A DNA stretch of 64,000 nucleotides, taken from assembly GCA_030390025.1 (NCBI GenBank), contig CM059432.1:110672001-110736000 (forward strand). Direction: 5' to 3'. Position 1 is the stretch's first letter; every line of letters starts with the position of its first letter. The position numbers were made by a program, and so were the translations under genes. Positions 1 to 11,408 of this stretch are shown here, piece after piece. Origin of the DNA: Squalus acanthias. Lineage: Eukaryota. Below the pieces are notes generated by a model. That model was not told the DNA's origin and made no database searches. It saw only the letters and a list, made by a program, of their open reading frames with translations.

Positions 1-68
1 TCGGCTGTCACAGACATGATGGGCCGAATGGCCTCCTTCTGTGCCGTAAATTTCTATGATTCTATGAT
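1..68 (+). mobile_element. CR1 LINE 3' tail
   Basis: GATGGGCCGAATGGCCTCCTTCTGTGC followed by TTCTATGA repeats; same tail ends the CR1 copy at ~3744. Confidence 0.8.
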
Positions 69-429
69 ATACTCCCTTGTATTAAATGCTTGGGATCTCT
101 ATGTTCACAATTCAGGTATTTGAGTCACTGAAACATATATTTTAACATGTTATTTAAAATAAAAAATTCCCCCTTCTAAACATGCCTCTTTCACCACCAC
201 CAAATAAAGGGTTTAACATATTCATTCGTTATTTGTGGGGCCTTGTTCGTAAATTGCCTGCTGTATTTATCCGGAGAACAGGTACTACATTAATAAAGTA
301 ATTTGTGTGTTATGAAGCACTTTGAGACATCAAAGGATGTTATAAGGCGCTATTTAATACAAGTTCTTCTTTTCTTCTGAAGGTAATTCAGATCCTATCT
401 GCACCCGAGGCACACGCAAACATTCGAGG

Positions 430-1170
430 CACATGGAAGTATTAAGGGGTTTAGTATCTTTGAAAGTGAATAAATCCCCAGGCCCGGATGAAATGTATCC
501 CAGACTTTAAGAGAAGTAAGAGAGGAAATAGCACAGGCTCTGACCATCATTTTCCAATCCTCTCTGGCTACAGATGTGGTGTCGTTGGACTGGAGGCCTG
601 CTAATGTGGTACCGTTGTTTAAAAAGGGAGAAAGGGATAGACCGAGTAATTACAGGCCAGTCAGCCTAACCTTGGTGGTGGGAAAATTATTGGAAAAAAT
701 TCTGAGGGACGGGATAAATCTTCATTTAGAAAGACAAGGATTAATCAGGGACAGTCAGCATGGATTTGTTAAGGGAAGGTCGTGTCTGACTAACTTGATT
801 GAATTTTTTGAGGAGGTAACAAGGAGGGTTGATGAGGGTAGTGCATTTGATGTAGTCTATATGGATTTTAGCAAGGCTTTTGATAAGGTCCCGCATGGCA
901 GACTGGTCATGAAAGTAAAAGCCCACGGGATCCAAGGCAAAGTGGCAAGTAGGATCCAAAATTGGCTCAGAGGCAGGAAACAAAGGATGGTCGAAGGGTG
1001 TTTTTGTGACTGGAAGGCTGTTTCCAGTGGGGTTCCACAGGGCTCAGGTCATTTGCTTTTTGTGGTATATATCAATAATTTGGACTTGAATGTAGGAAGT
1101 ATGATTAAGAAGTTTGCAGGTGATACAAAAATTGGCCGTTGGTTGATACTGAAGAAGAAAGCTGAAGGTG
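430..1170 (+). mobile_element. CR1 LINE ORF2 reverse transcriptase fragment (degenerate)
   Basis: NYRPVSLT, QHGFVKGRSCLTNL, YMDFSKAFDKVPH, SGVPQGS, KFAGDTK motifs in ORF 576-1208; frameshift upstream. Confidence 0.9.
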
Positions 1171-1175
1171 CAGAT

Positions 1176-3744
1176 CTGGAGGGAGCACAGCGAGTGCGAA
1201 GCAGTTAAAAGGAGCATTCCCGAGCAGCAGGAGCCTGAGACCGGAAGGAGCGGACCTGGAGGGAGCACAGCGAGAGCGGAGCAGTTAAAAGGAGTGGCAG
1301 CAACTCAGCAGAGGCAGTTTTTGAAAAAGTGACGTCAGAGTAAAAAAAAGTGACGTCGGCACAAGGGAAGGAGCTGATTGGTGAGTAGCTGGGGAGTGTT
1401 TTTTGTTAAATTTTAAGTTTATTTCTGCTGGGTTAGTTCTTAGTCTATTAAATAGAGGCATGGCAGGGCACTCAGTCCTATGGAATGCACATCCTGTGCC
1501 ATGTGGGAAGTCCTGGTCACTTCGTGTAGCCTGGATGACCACATGTGCAGGAAGTGTCACCAGCTACAGCAACTCGAGCTCCGTGGATAGCACGTTTCTA
1601 GAAGTGGTCACCCCACAGCTTAAGAGTATGCAGGCAGAGAGGGAATGGGTGACCGCCAGACAGAAGAGGAGGACCAGGCAGGTAGTGCAGGAGTCCCCGG
1701 AGTGCAGCACCCTCTCCAACCAGTATTCTGTTGAGTACTGGTGAGGGCGATGGTTCCTCTGGGGAGTGCAGCCAGAGTCAAATCCACGGCACCACAGGTG
1801 GCTCAGCTGCACGTGGCGGGGGGAGGAAAAAGAGTGGAAGAGCAATAGTGGTAGGGGATTCGATAGTTAGGGGAGCAGACAGGCGTTTCTCCGGCCGCAG
1901 ACGTGACTCCAGGATGGTATGTTGCCTCCCTGGTGCCAGGGACAAGAATGTCACTGAGCGGCTGCAGAACAGACTGAGGGGGGAGGGTGAACAGCCAGAG
2001 GTCGTTGTCCATATCGGTATCAACGACATAGGTCGGAAGAGGGATGAGGTCCTGCAGGCAGAGTTTAGGGAGCTAGGAGAGAGATTAAAAAGCAGGACCT
2101 CAAAGGTAGTAATCTCCGGATTACTCCCGGTGCCACGTGCTAGTGAGGTTTGCTAGTGCTGTTGGGGAGGGTTTAAACTAGCTTGGCAGGGGGATGGGCA
2201 CCAGCATATAGGAGTAGAAAAGAAGAATAAGGTGCATAACAGAGTGTGTTGGATAGTACTAGAGAAGATAGTACTAGAGGCGGAAGTAGTACCATATTAG
2301 ATAGGAGCAGACTAAGAAAGACTATGAAAAATTCAAAAATGGGTTTAGAATGCATGTACGTAAACACACAAAGTGTGGTGAATAAGATTGGTGAGCTACA
2401 AGCACAATTAGCCGTGTGGCAATATGATGTTGTGGCAATAACGGAAACGTGGCTTAAAAACGGTGAGGACTGGGCACTTAATATTCAAGGGTACATGGTG
2501 TTCAGAAAAGATAGGGAAGGAAAAAAGGGAAGGAAAAAAGGGAGGTGGGGTGGCAGTGCTGATTAAGGAAGACATTGTAGTGTTGGAAAGGGAGGATGTT
2601 TTTGAGGGGACAAGGACAGAATCCATTTGGTTAGAGTTGAGGAGTAAAATGGGTATGATCACGCTATTGGGGGTATTCTACAGGCCTCCAAATAGTGAGA
2701 GGGAGTTGGAGGAGCAAATCTGCAGGGAAATCGCAGAGATATGCAAGAGTTATAGGGTGGTGATATTGGGGGACTTTAATTACCCAAATATCGATTGGGA
2801 CAATGCTAGGGTAAAGGGAAAGGAGGGGGAGGAATTTCTGAAATGTGTTCAGGAGAATTTCCTTGACCGATATGTTCTTGGCCCAACTAGGAAGGAAGCA
2901 TTGCTGGATCTGGTGCTGGGGAATGAGGTGGGCCAGGTCGACCAAGGGAGAACACTTGGGTACGAGTGATCATCGTATCATAAGATTTAGATTAGCAATG
3001 GAGAGGAGCAAGGAACAATCTAGAGTGGAACTTCTAAACTGGAATAGGGCTAACTTCAATGGGATGCGAAAGGATCTAGCCAGGGTAAAATGGAACCAAA
3101 GCCTGACAGGGAAAACTGTAACGGAACAATGGGTGATCTTTAAGGAGGAGATGTTCCAAGTACAGGCTAGGTACATTCCAACAAGAGGGAAGGGTAAGGG
3201 AACCAAAGCAAGGGCTCCTTGGATGACGAGGGAGATAGAGAAGATGATGAAACAAAAAAAGAGGGTGTATGATGAATGTCAGGTGAATTCTTCAAGGGAG
3301 AACCAGACCAAATACAATAAGTTGAGAGGGGATGTGAAGATGAAAATAAGATTGGGAAAGAGAGAATATGAGAGTAGAATGGCGTTTAACATAAAAGGGA
3401 ACCCAAAAATCTTCTACTGGCATGTAAACAGTAAGTGGGTAGTAAGAGGCAGGGTGGGGCCTATTAGAGACAAAGAAGGTGATATATGCTTAGAGGCGCA
3501 GGACAAGGCTAGAATACTCAATGGGTGGTGGGGGTCTGGAACTCACTGCCTGAAAGGGTGGTAGAGGCAGAGACCCTCATCACATTTAAAAAGTACTTGG
3601 ATATGCACTTGAAGTGCCATAACCTACAAGGCTACGGACCAAGAGCTGGAATGTGGGATTAGGGTGGATAGCTCTTTGTCAGCTGGCACGGACAAGATGG
3701 GCCGAATGGCCTCGTTCTGTGCTGTAAATTTCTATGATTCTATG
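1176..3744 (+). mobile_element. CR1 LINE, internally deleted: 5'UTR, ORF1 (zinc finger plus SGNH esterase), ORF2 APE endonuclease, then jump to 3' end
   Basis: ORF1 from ~1459 with CTSC...CRKC, VVGDS and VVVHIGIND; ORF2 from ~2323 with VAITETWL, YRPPNS, GDFNYP, LDLVL, SDH; at ~3520 joins VWNSLP C-terminal region and TTCTATGA tail; several frameshifts. Confidence 0.85.
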
Positions 3745-4622
3745 AAGCACCATAAGGCAAGTGATAACTGAATAGCAATCACGAGCAGTAGCCTTGGATA
3801 ACCGTTCCCTTCTCCCACCATAGCCACAGTTCAGATCAGCTAATGGAGCACAAACCAGGGATCAGATCCAGGATCTTGCTAATGTGTGTGGCTCAATACT
3901 ACAACAGGAGGGGCATTTCTCCACTGTCATTGGAGGAGAGCCTACTAGGCCTTTTATTAAAGGGACAGGGTTACTGTGGTAATGTGTCTTATGAGACAGT
4001 TTGCTATGTATTTAATACACAATCAGTTGTGGGATGACGTGATTTCATCACTGATTGTGCCTTCACCTACAATTATATCATTTTAATTTTATTTTATTAA
4101 ATACCTAAACTCAGAAAAATTAAAGCTTCATTGCAAAGATTCATGGGCATAAATCCGCTTTCCCCTGGGATAAATTTAATTTCTCCGCTGACTTCTGGGC
4201 TTTACTGTGAACTCACTTTGGCAGCACTATCTACTGATACTGTATTACCGGCTGGACTGCCTCTAGTCCACTGGTTCCCCAGGCGCAGTGCAGAGGAATA
4301 ACGGGTGAAGACTCAGGGGGAAAAATTCAGTTGGTTGCGCCTCCCGTTAGCGCCTTAAGAGGGCGCTAATGGGGCGCAAAGCCGCTAGCGCCCAGGCGCA
4401 GCGATGTTTGCGCCGCTCGGGAACTTAACTAGACATTGTGCGGCGGCGCTAAACTTTACTGCTGCGACCACCTGCGCGCGCAGATTGTGACATCATTCCA
4501 TGGTGCAACGCCCTTGTGGCGCCCCGGAGCGGAAATTGAGTGGCGCCCCCTGCCTTACCGCCTGGCGCATCCAACGACTGGAAGACTGGAACGCTATCAA
4601 TCGCTGTGGGGCTGGGGGGGGG

Positions 4623-4636
4623 CGCTATTTAAAGGG
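4623..4636 (+). promoter_or_regulatory. TATA-like box upstream of transposase
   Basis: CGCTATTTAAAGGG ~200 bp before ATG; identical 14-mer at 18713-18726 upstream of another Harbinger gene. Confidence 0.5.
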
Positions 4637-4827
4637 GGCCTCTTCCTGTCTTTTTCTGTGGTTGACATTTTTGCACCACTCGTTCTGAGAGAGAGAGAGA
4701 GATTCGGAGAGAGAGAAAGAGAGACTTCTGCATTGAGTCAACGCTTTGTGAGGTATTTTTGCCTACTGATCCTAACTTCGCTGGTACTTTGGTTGCTGTC
4801 CTTCATAACTTTGCTTGCAAAGAGACT

Positions 4828-5988
4828 ATGGGGGCTGCACTGAATGGGGGTGTCGTCCTGCTCCAGCTGAATCGGAGGACACAGAGACGCAGAGAGAGAG
4901 TGGCAATGATGGCCAGACGGAGGAGGGCCAACAGGCGTATGTACAGGAGAGCTTACCCTCCCAGGGTATATCGTGAACAGCTCTCCTACATTCATATGTC
5001 TGAGGAGCTGTGTTTGCGAAGGCTGCGATTCAGCAAGGAGGTGGTCACTGAGCTCTGCCACCTGCTGCAGCCAGATCTGCAGCCTCAACTGAGGTCCAGG
5101 ACGTCTCTGTCGGTGGCAGTGAAGGTCACAGTGGCTCTCAACTTCTATGCTACTGGCTCATTTCAAGCTGCTGCTGGGGACCTCGCCAATATCTCCCAGT
5201 TCGCGGTGCATTGCTGCATCCGGCAGGTCACAAATGCCCTCTTGAAAAGGAGACGAGAGTTCATCTCTTTCCCCATGACCCTAGACAAGCAGCGTGACCG
5301 CGCTCTGGGCTTTGCGAGGATAGCGGGCTTCCCCATGGTGCAGGGCGCCATTGACTGCACGCATGTGGCTTTGCGTGCTCCACATGAGAATGCCGAGGAT
5401 TTCCGGAACAGAAAGGGGTTCCATTCCTTGAATGTTCAGTTGGTCTGTGACCACAGACAGCTGATACTCGCTGTCAATGCCCACTATCCTGGCAGCTGCC
5501 ACGATGCTTTCATCCTGCGCCAGACTACTGTGGCAGAACTTTTCGAGGCACCGCATCAGCCAGTTGGTTGGCTTCTCGGGGACAAGGGGTATCCATTGAG
5601 CACCTGGCTGATGACACCGCTCTGTACGCCCAACACCGCTGCTGAGCTGCGGTACAATGAGAGCCATCAAGCTACCAGGAACATCATTGAGCGCACAATT
5701 GGCGTGCTGAAGCAACGGTTCCGCTGTCTCGACCATTCTGGAGGAGCCCTGCAGTACTCGCCTGAGCGAGTATCGAACTTCGTAGTTGTGTGCTGCATGT
5801 TGCATAACATGGCAATCGTCAGGACCCAGCCAATGCCACCAGGCCTTGGAGCACCACCAGAGGAGGAGGAGGAAGAGGAGGAAGAGGACGAGGAGGATGA
5901 TCATCAGCAGCACCAAGGCGGGAGGGCGGCCCACAATGGTGAAACTGCAAGGGCCGTCCGTCAACGGCTGATAGCAAGCCGCTTCTAG
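4828..5988 (+). CDS. Harbinger/HARBI1-type DDE transposase, 386 aa from first ATG
   Basis: Uninterrupted ORF with GAIDCTH, NRKGFHSLNVQLVCD, PGSCHDAFI, LLGDKGY, IIERTIGVLKQRF, CCMLHN and an acidic tail; DDE triad intact. Confidence 0.95.
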   Translation: MGAALNGGVVLLQLNRRTQRRRERVAMMARRRRANRRMYRRAYPPRVYREQLSYIHMSEELCLRRLRFSKEVVTELCHLLQPDLQPQLRSRTSLSVAVKVTVALNFYATGSFQAAAGDLANISQFAVHCCIRQVTNALLKRRREFISFPMTLDKQRDRALGFARIAGFPMVQGAIDCTHVALRAPHENAEDFRNRKGFHSLNVQLVCDHRQLILAVNAHYPGSCHDAFILRQTTVAELFEAPHQPVGWLLGDKGYPLSTWLMTPLCTPNTAAELRYNESHQATRNIIERTIGVLKQRFRCLDHSGGALQYSPERVSNFVVVCCMLHNMAIVRTQPMPPGLGAPPEEEEEEEEEDEEDDHQQHQGGRAAHNGETARAVRQRLIASRF

Positions 5989-6117
5989 GGCCCCTGCTGT
6001 GGAAATGGCTTCTGCCATTGCTAACAACATCAATGAACCCAACACGCAACCCCTAAGCCGGCCAAGGCACCAATGATTCCAAAGACTAAACATGTATATT
6101 TTGAATACAAAAACTTA

Positions 6118-6273
6118 TTTATTTTACAAACTCTGTGTGTGTCATTTCCTCATGACAAACTCATACAAATAAACACAAAAAAACAGTCATTAACATAACT
6201 GGTTCTCACAACCTGGAGATAATGTCTAAAACACTAAACAAAAGTTGGACCACGAACCTCGGCCTTTAATAAA
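6118..6273. terminator. Candidate polyadenylation signals of the two convergent Harbinger genes
   Basis: AATAAA on + at 6168-6173 and 6268-6273; AATAAA on - at 6118-6123; AT-rich spacer between the stop codons. Confidence 0.5.
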
Positions 6274-6300
6274 AAAATGACCAGCATTTTGTCACACCTC

Positions 6301-7277
6301 CTACTTTTTGCCCTTCGAGGGTGATCTCCTTCCCTTGCGCACTTCCCCAATTCTAACCCTACTGCTCCTCCGTAATGGGACCTCAGTGGCTGCAGCAAGT
6401 CTGGTGGAAGGCTGCTGATTGTCAGACCCTGACACTGCAGATGCCCCTGAAGGACGGCCTCGACCAGTTCTGGGCCTGGAGGGCCCGGCTGCAGACTGCA
6501 CCAACTCTGCATGGGCGGCAGCAGTCTGTCCTACAGGCGGTGGCAAGTGCAGTGGAGAAGTGACAGTGTTGGCAGCAGGAATGCTGTCATCGTGAGAGAG
6601 GACAGCAACTCCCTGCTCGACCGACACACTGGCACTCCCACGGGGCAGCACTTCAGCATCCGGAGCAATCTGCTGGAGCACAGATTGCTGGCCTGCTGTG
6701 GCGCGGTGAGAGCTCCGGGGAAATGTGAACGAACCATCGAGGATGGCAGCAGTCAGTGCTCGCGTGGCCTCAATCTGAGTCTGCATGAGAGCAGTCAGAG
6801 ATGGGATCACGGCAGTCAGTGACTGAATTGCAGCACTAAGCTTTAGTGTGGCATCCACCTGTGCTACAGCGAAGTGCTCCACACTCCTTGCCAGTGACTC
6901 AATGCATTCGGGCACCCTTCCCACTGCACCCATGAGCTCAGTGTGCATGCCCACCGCCTGGGTGTTCATTTCTGCGATCAGCCGCTCCTCCTCTGCGTCC
7001 ATTGCAGTAGGAGTCGCTGGCATACTCTCCCTCTGGGGAGAAGGCCCCCGTTCTTCCCTACCCCCATGGCGTTGCTGCAGCCCGCTGGGTCCTGGAGCTT
7101 CACCCTCATCAGACCCTTCCCCCCTGCTCCCCTCCAGGGAAGGCGTGTTCCCAGTGTGGGCATGGGCTTCCTCGGGAGAGGGTGGCACTGATGCTCCGGC
7201 TTCCTCTTCCTCCTCGGCTGCAGCTTCACTCCCACTGGCAGCTTCAGGGCCCGTCTCCTCAGCTGGTGAATCACCAT
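6301..7277 (-). CDS. Harbinger Myb/SANT-like protein, exon 3 (977 bp, acidic/low-complexity C-terminus with basic tail)
   Basis: Acceptor CCCTGCTTTCAG|AT; phase 1 continues in frame into ORF 6301-7188 to TAG; spliced CDS 1377 nt = 458 aa. Confidence 0.82.
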
Positions 7278-7436
7278 CTGAAAGCAGGGAGGTACAAGAG
7301 TGGCTTTAGCGTGAGGACAGGGTGGCAGTAAGGGAGGAATAAGTGCAGCGAGTTAGCAAGTTGGATTGAAAGTGTCAAAGGCTGGTGTTGTGAGGGACAA
7401 GTGGAAGGACAGAGGACAAAAAGGTGATGACCTTAC

Positions 7437-7599
7437 CATTGCTGTCCAGAACGGGGTCGGCGTCTCCAGTGACGACGGGACAGATCACCCGGCTTGCCAC
7501 AATCCTGTGGACGCGCTCCTCAAGATCGCTGAGGGGTTGCAGCTGAGGCCGCCCTCCACCTGTCCGTTGCTGCTGTCTCCTATTATGCGCCAGCTTGGC
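7437..7599 (-). CDS. Harbinger Myb/SANT-like protein, exon 2 (163 bp)
   Basis: Acceptor TTTTTCTTGCAG|GCC; AKLAHNRRQQQRTGGGRP (TGGG motif typical of this family); donor AATG|GTAAGG, phase 1. Confidence 0.85.
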
Positions 7600-7633
7600 C
7601 TGCAAGAAAAAGGACAGCATCTGAGTAAATATA

Positions 7634-7741
7634 CAGCCATGGTCTTGTCTGATGTGCCTCCCATAGGTGAATAGCCCTTACTGTATGCAGCCATGGTCTT
7701 GCCTGATGTGCCTCCCATAGGTGAATAGCCCTTACTGTATG
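7634..7741. repeat. 54-bp tandem duplication in Myb gene intron 1
   Basis: Two copies of CAGCCATGGTCTTG(T/C)CTGATGTGCCTCCCATAGGTGAATAGCCCTTACTGTATG, one mismatch. Confidence 0.9.
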
Positions 7742-7883
7742 CAAAGTGTGGAATGTGTGTGTGTGTCTCATGAAAGGGCCATAGGTGTTGGATGAGTGTT
7801 GTGCATTGGGGTTTTAAGACCCTCTGGCCATAGAGTGAGGTTGAGATGGAGGGATGGAGAGGTATTGAGAAAAAGCCACTCAC

Positions 7884-8120
7884 CCTGACGACCCGAGTGA
7901 GGTCGTTGAACTTTTTGCGGCATTGAACATGGGTCCTGGGCACCATGCTCCTGGAGGAGATGCTCTGAGCCACCTCCCTCCACACTCTTCTGTACTCGCG
8001 TGGCAAAGGCCTCCTGCCACTCTCAGGGAAGAGTATAGATCTTCTGCGCTCCACCGCGCCAACCAGAGCATCCAAGGCCCGCTCGGTGAAGCGCTGAGCT
8101 CGTTCTCTCACCCTCCCCAT
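7884..8120 (-). CDS. Harbinger Myb/SANT-like DNA-binding protein, exon 1 (79 codons)
   Basis: ATG 8120; MGRVRERAQRFTERALDALV...W..VA...RTHVQCRKKFNDLTRVVR; donor AGG|GTGAGT, phase 0. Confidence 0.88.
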
Positions 8121-8699
8121 CCTTGGCAGCAAAATGGATTCACAGGTCTCTCCAGGCCGAGATTCAAGGCTGCAATGAGCAGGGTGTGGCTGGGGAACAA
8201 GTTGGCCCCCCCCCTTTAAGAACTGGCCGGCGCCAGTGTGTCTGTGTTCCCTCGCTAACTGGCAGCACCTGCGCTGCGCTCGCGCACTGAGTTAGCGCCT
8301 CACTGCTCGGCCTTTGCGCCTTAAGACAGGTGTGCAGTGCCTGATTTAGCGCTCCACTCACCTCCGGGTGCGGTAAAAGTGAAGTTTCCAGTCAGTGGCG
8401 ATAATTAGCGCCAGGCGCTAATTTTTGCGTCCAGACGATATTTGCACCCCAAATGGGGCGCGACCTAATTTTCCCCCCTCAGAGTCTAGAAATTCGATCG
8501 CAGCCAAACACGGGCACGCCTGTAAACACCTATTAGTGTTGTCCCAGGCAGCACGTGATATTTGTGCTGTTTGCCCATTACCGTGACTCGGGTGTGCCGG
8601 ATATCGGGCGTCACCGACACCATTTGAAGGCAGCCAGCACTTCTGAAACAGGAGGTGCACTCTGGCTGCAGACAACAGAGAAAAACTTGTGAACAGAGA

Positions 8700-11290
8700 A
8701 ATGCAGCAAGTACGAAGAGGGCACCAAGGTTCTCTGAGGCTGCCTTGGAGACCCTAGAGCAGACATTGGACAGGGGGAGGGAGATCCTCTTACCCCAGGG
8801 GAAGAAAGTACTCCAGGTAACAACTCCATTGCTCGTGGTAAAAGGTCGTTGAGGATGTCAATGCCGGAAGCTTGGCTCCAAGGACATGGCTGCAATGCCA
8901 ACAGAAGTTCAATGGCCTCAGTAGAGTTGTTGAGGTAAGAATACTGCTCTCTTACTCTTTGCTCACAACAATCCGCTCGCCCACCTTCCCTTTACTCTTC
9001 TACAGTCACTGCACCACACTTCACTACACCCCCTTCTCGTCAGACTCACCACTATTGCAACCCTCACATCCTCACACCTCACACCTCACTCATGGCAAAC
9101 CAGCTATTTTACAATCAGAAGCACATTCTCCAAACACCTCACAAGACTGTCACAAACACACTACCTTCTTTCTTCCAAGGGAAGGTCACACACAACTTCA
9201 GCACTGCTTGCGGAGGAAACCGGGCCCACCTGCACATCTTTCCCCCTTTTGTAGAAAGCGTGCTGGTCATCACTGGCAGGGTCAGAGTTGAGGCCGTGGC
9301 GACTGGCAATACTGGAGGAGATGTCGCACAGGGTTTCTTCGCACCTTCTCCTCTTTTTCCCTTCTGACTTCTCTCTCATCCTACACACTCTGCATGACAA
9401 ACTGCAGCTGTTTTCACCAGTCACTTCTCTCTCTCTCTCTCTCTCTGCTCTCCCTTTACACTTGTCCCTCTCTTTCATTTCGGTGCTGAAAATGCAAAAG
9501 CCCCTCTGCCAGTAGAGGGAGAGGAGGCAAGCCTTTCTGAAGACGTACCGTCATTTGACCTCACCCTCACAAACATCAGCTCAGATACTGGCACCATGCA
9601 GACTTTAGAGGCTAGGTTAGTTGGGGTGTCTAAACGTGGTGACTCACCTGGAAAAACTGTGCAGGAGCAAGGGAAGGAGGATAAGACGCTACAGGTGCCA
9701 GCTCGCTGGAGCTGAAAATCATATACTAGCCCTGGTGCAGAGGACTCACATGCTGACCGAGGGCCCAGACTATCGAAGAAGGCCGATGGGCATACACTAG
9801 GAAATGCTAGTTGCAGTGGGCAGTCTGCCAACGAGTTTGTGCATAATGTCACGGAGCATGGAGGAGTCCAGCTCCAACTTGTGCTTAAGCTTTGCCGATG
9901 ACACCAAACTTGGGGGTGTGGCAAACAGTGATGATCCCAATTGACTGCAACAGGACATAGAAAGGCTAGCAGAATACGCAGACAAATGGCAGATGGAATT
10001 TAATACAGAGAAATGTGAGGTGATGCATTTTGGCAGAAGGAACAGGGAGAGGCAATATACACTTAATGGCACAGTTTTAAAGAGTGGGCAGGGACAGAGG
10101 AACCTGGGAGTTAATGTGCATAGGACCCTGAAGGTGGCAGGACATACTGAGAGCGTGGTTAACAAAGCATATGGGATCTTGGGCTTCATAAATAGAGGTA
10201 TTGAGTACAAAGGTTTAGAAGTTATGCTGAACCTTTATAAAGCGCTGGTTAGGCCACAACTGGAGTATTGCGTCCAGTTCTGGTCACCACACTTTAGGAA
10301 GGATGTGAAGGCCCTTGAGAGGGTGCAGAGAAGATTTACCAGAATGGTTCCGGGGATGGGGGATCTTAGCTACAAGGACAGGTTGGAGAAGCTGGATTTG
10401 TTTTCATTACAGCAAAGGAGGTTGAGGGGTGATTTGATAGAGCTGTACAAGATTATGACGGGTTTGAATAGGCTAGACGGGGAAAGGTTGTTCCCACTAG
10501 TTGATGGTACAAGGACCAGGGGAAACAGATTTAAGGTTTTGGGCAAGAGATACAGGGGGGAAGTGAGGAAAAACTTTTTTACGCAGCGAGTGGGGAGGAC
10601 CTGGAATTCGTTGCCGATGGAAGTGGTGGAAGCGGAGACACTCAATGTTTTCAAGGGGAGACTGGATAGGCACTTGAGGGAAATAAACTTGCAGGGCTAT
10701 GGGGATAGAGTGGGAGAATGGGACTGACTCGATTGCTCTAGAGAGCCGGCACGGACTCGATGGGACGAATGGCCTCCTTCTGTGCCGTTATGACTCGATG
10801 ACTCTATAGCCTGGAGATCATTCTGTCCAACATGGACCGAGCGGTCATCTCCATGAACACGACCAGTGGTGCCCACCATGATGGAGCCTCTGCTGACAGC
10901 TCTCACAGCTATCATGGAAGCTCATTTGGCTGTCACCTTGGCTACACCAGAGCTGCCTGTCACTCCTGCACTCTTTTCTGGCACAGCTGCAAGAGTGCTG
11001 AGGCACAGTCGCAGGAGAGTGGCCTTGCCTCCATGGGAGAGGCACGTCCTGTTGTCTCTCAGGACAACAGCATGCCTGCTGCCCTGCCATCCACTCTGAC
11101 AGTGCCCTTGTTAGTACCACACAGCCAGCTGGGCCAGACTGCTCCGGACCACACTGACATGCTGCAGTCTGCAGCCCAAAGCCTCTACGCCCTCTGCTCG
11201 AAGTCGTCCTCCATGGCCATCTGAATTGTCCTCAATGGAACCTCCCAAGCTGTAGCCACTGGGGAAACACTTCATAGGAGCAGTAGGATA
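8700..11290 (+). pseudogene. Harbinger Myb/SANT gene relic
   Basis: KRAPRFSEAALETL; APRTWLQCQQKFNGLSRVVE|GTAAGA donor at 8935; exon 2-like GKVTHN at ~9180; exon 3-like sequence split by a CR1; frameshifts. Confidence 0.75.
9888..10808 (+). mobile_element. 5'-truncated CR1 LINE (ORF2 C-terminus and tail)
   Basis: KFADDTKL, FNTEKCEVMHFG, LVRPQLEYCVQFWSP, WNSLP; GAATGGCCTCCTTCTGTGC tail. Confidence 0.92.
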
Positions 11291-11408
11291 GGTAAACAAA
11301 CACAGAAAAAAATTAAAAACTATGGAATCGATGGAACAGGCTCCCTCAGAAGACGGTGGAGGCAGAGAGTGCTGATTCATTCAAATGCAAATGAGCTAGA
11401 TTTCTTTC

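Larger units (their letters stand above)
4316..8478 (+). mobile_element. Autonomous PIF/Harbinger DNA transposon, apparently intact (4163 bp)
   Basis: TIR GGGGGAAAAATT (4316-4327) vs reverse complement of right end GGGGGGAAAATT (11/12); TCA duplicated at 4313-4315 and 8479-8481; transposase plus Myb/SANT gene inside; CpG-rich subterminal repeats. Confidence 0.92.

Noticed and set aside
4828..5988. Domesticated HARBI1 gene
   Set aside because: Enclosed by TIRs and a TSD with a partner Myb gene and related relics nearby, so it is a transposon; no gene symbol assigned
5281..6093. 270-aa antisense ORF over the transposase
   Set aside because: Shadow ORF of a GC-rich coding strand with no recognisable motif
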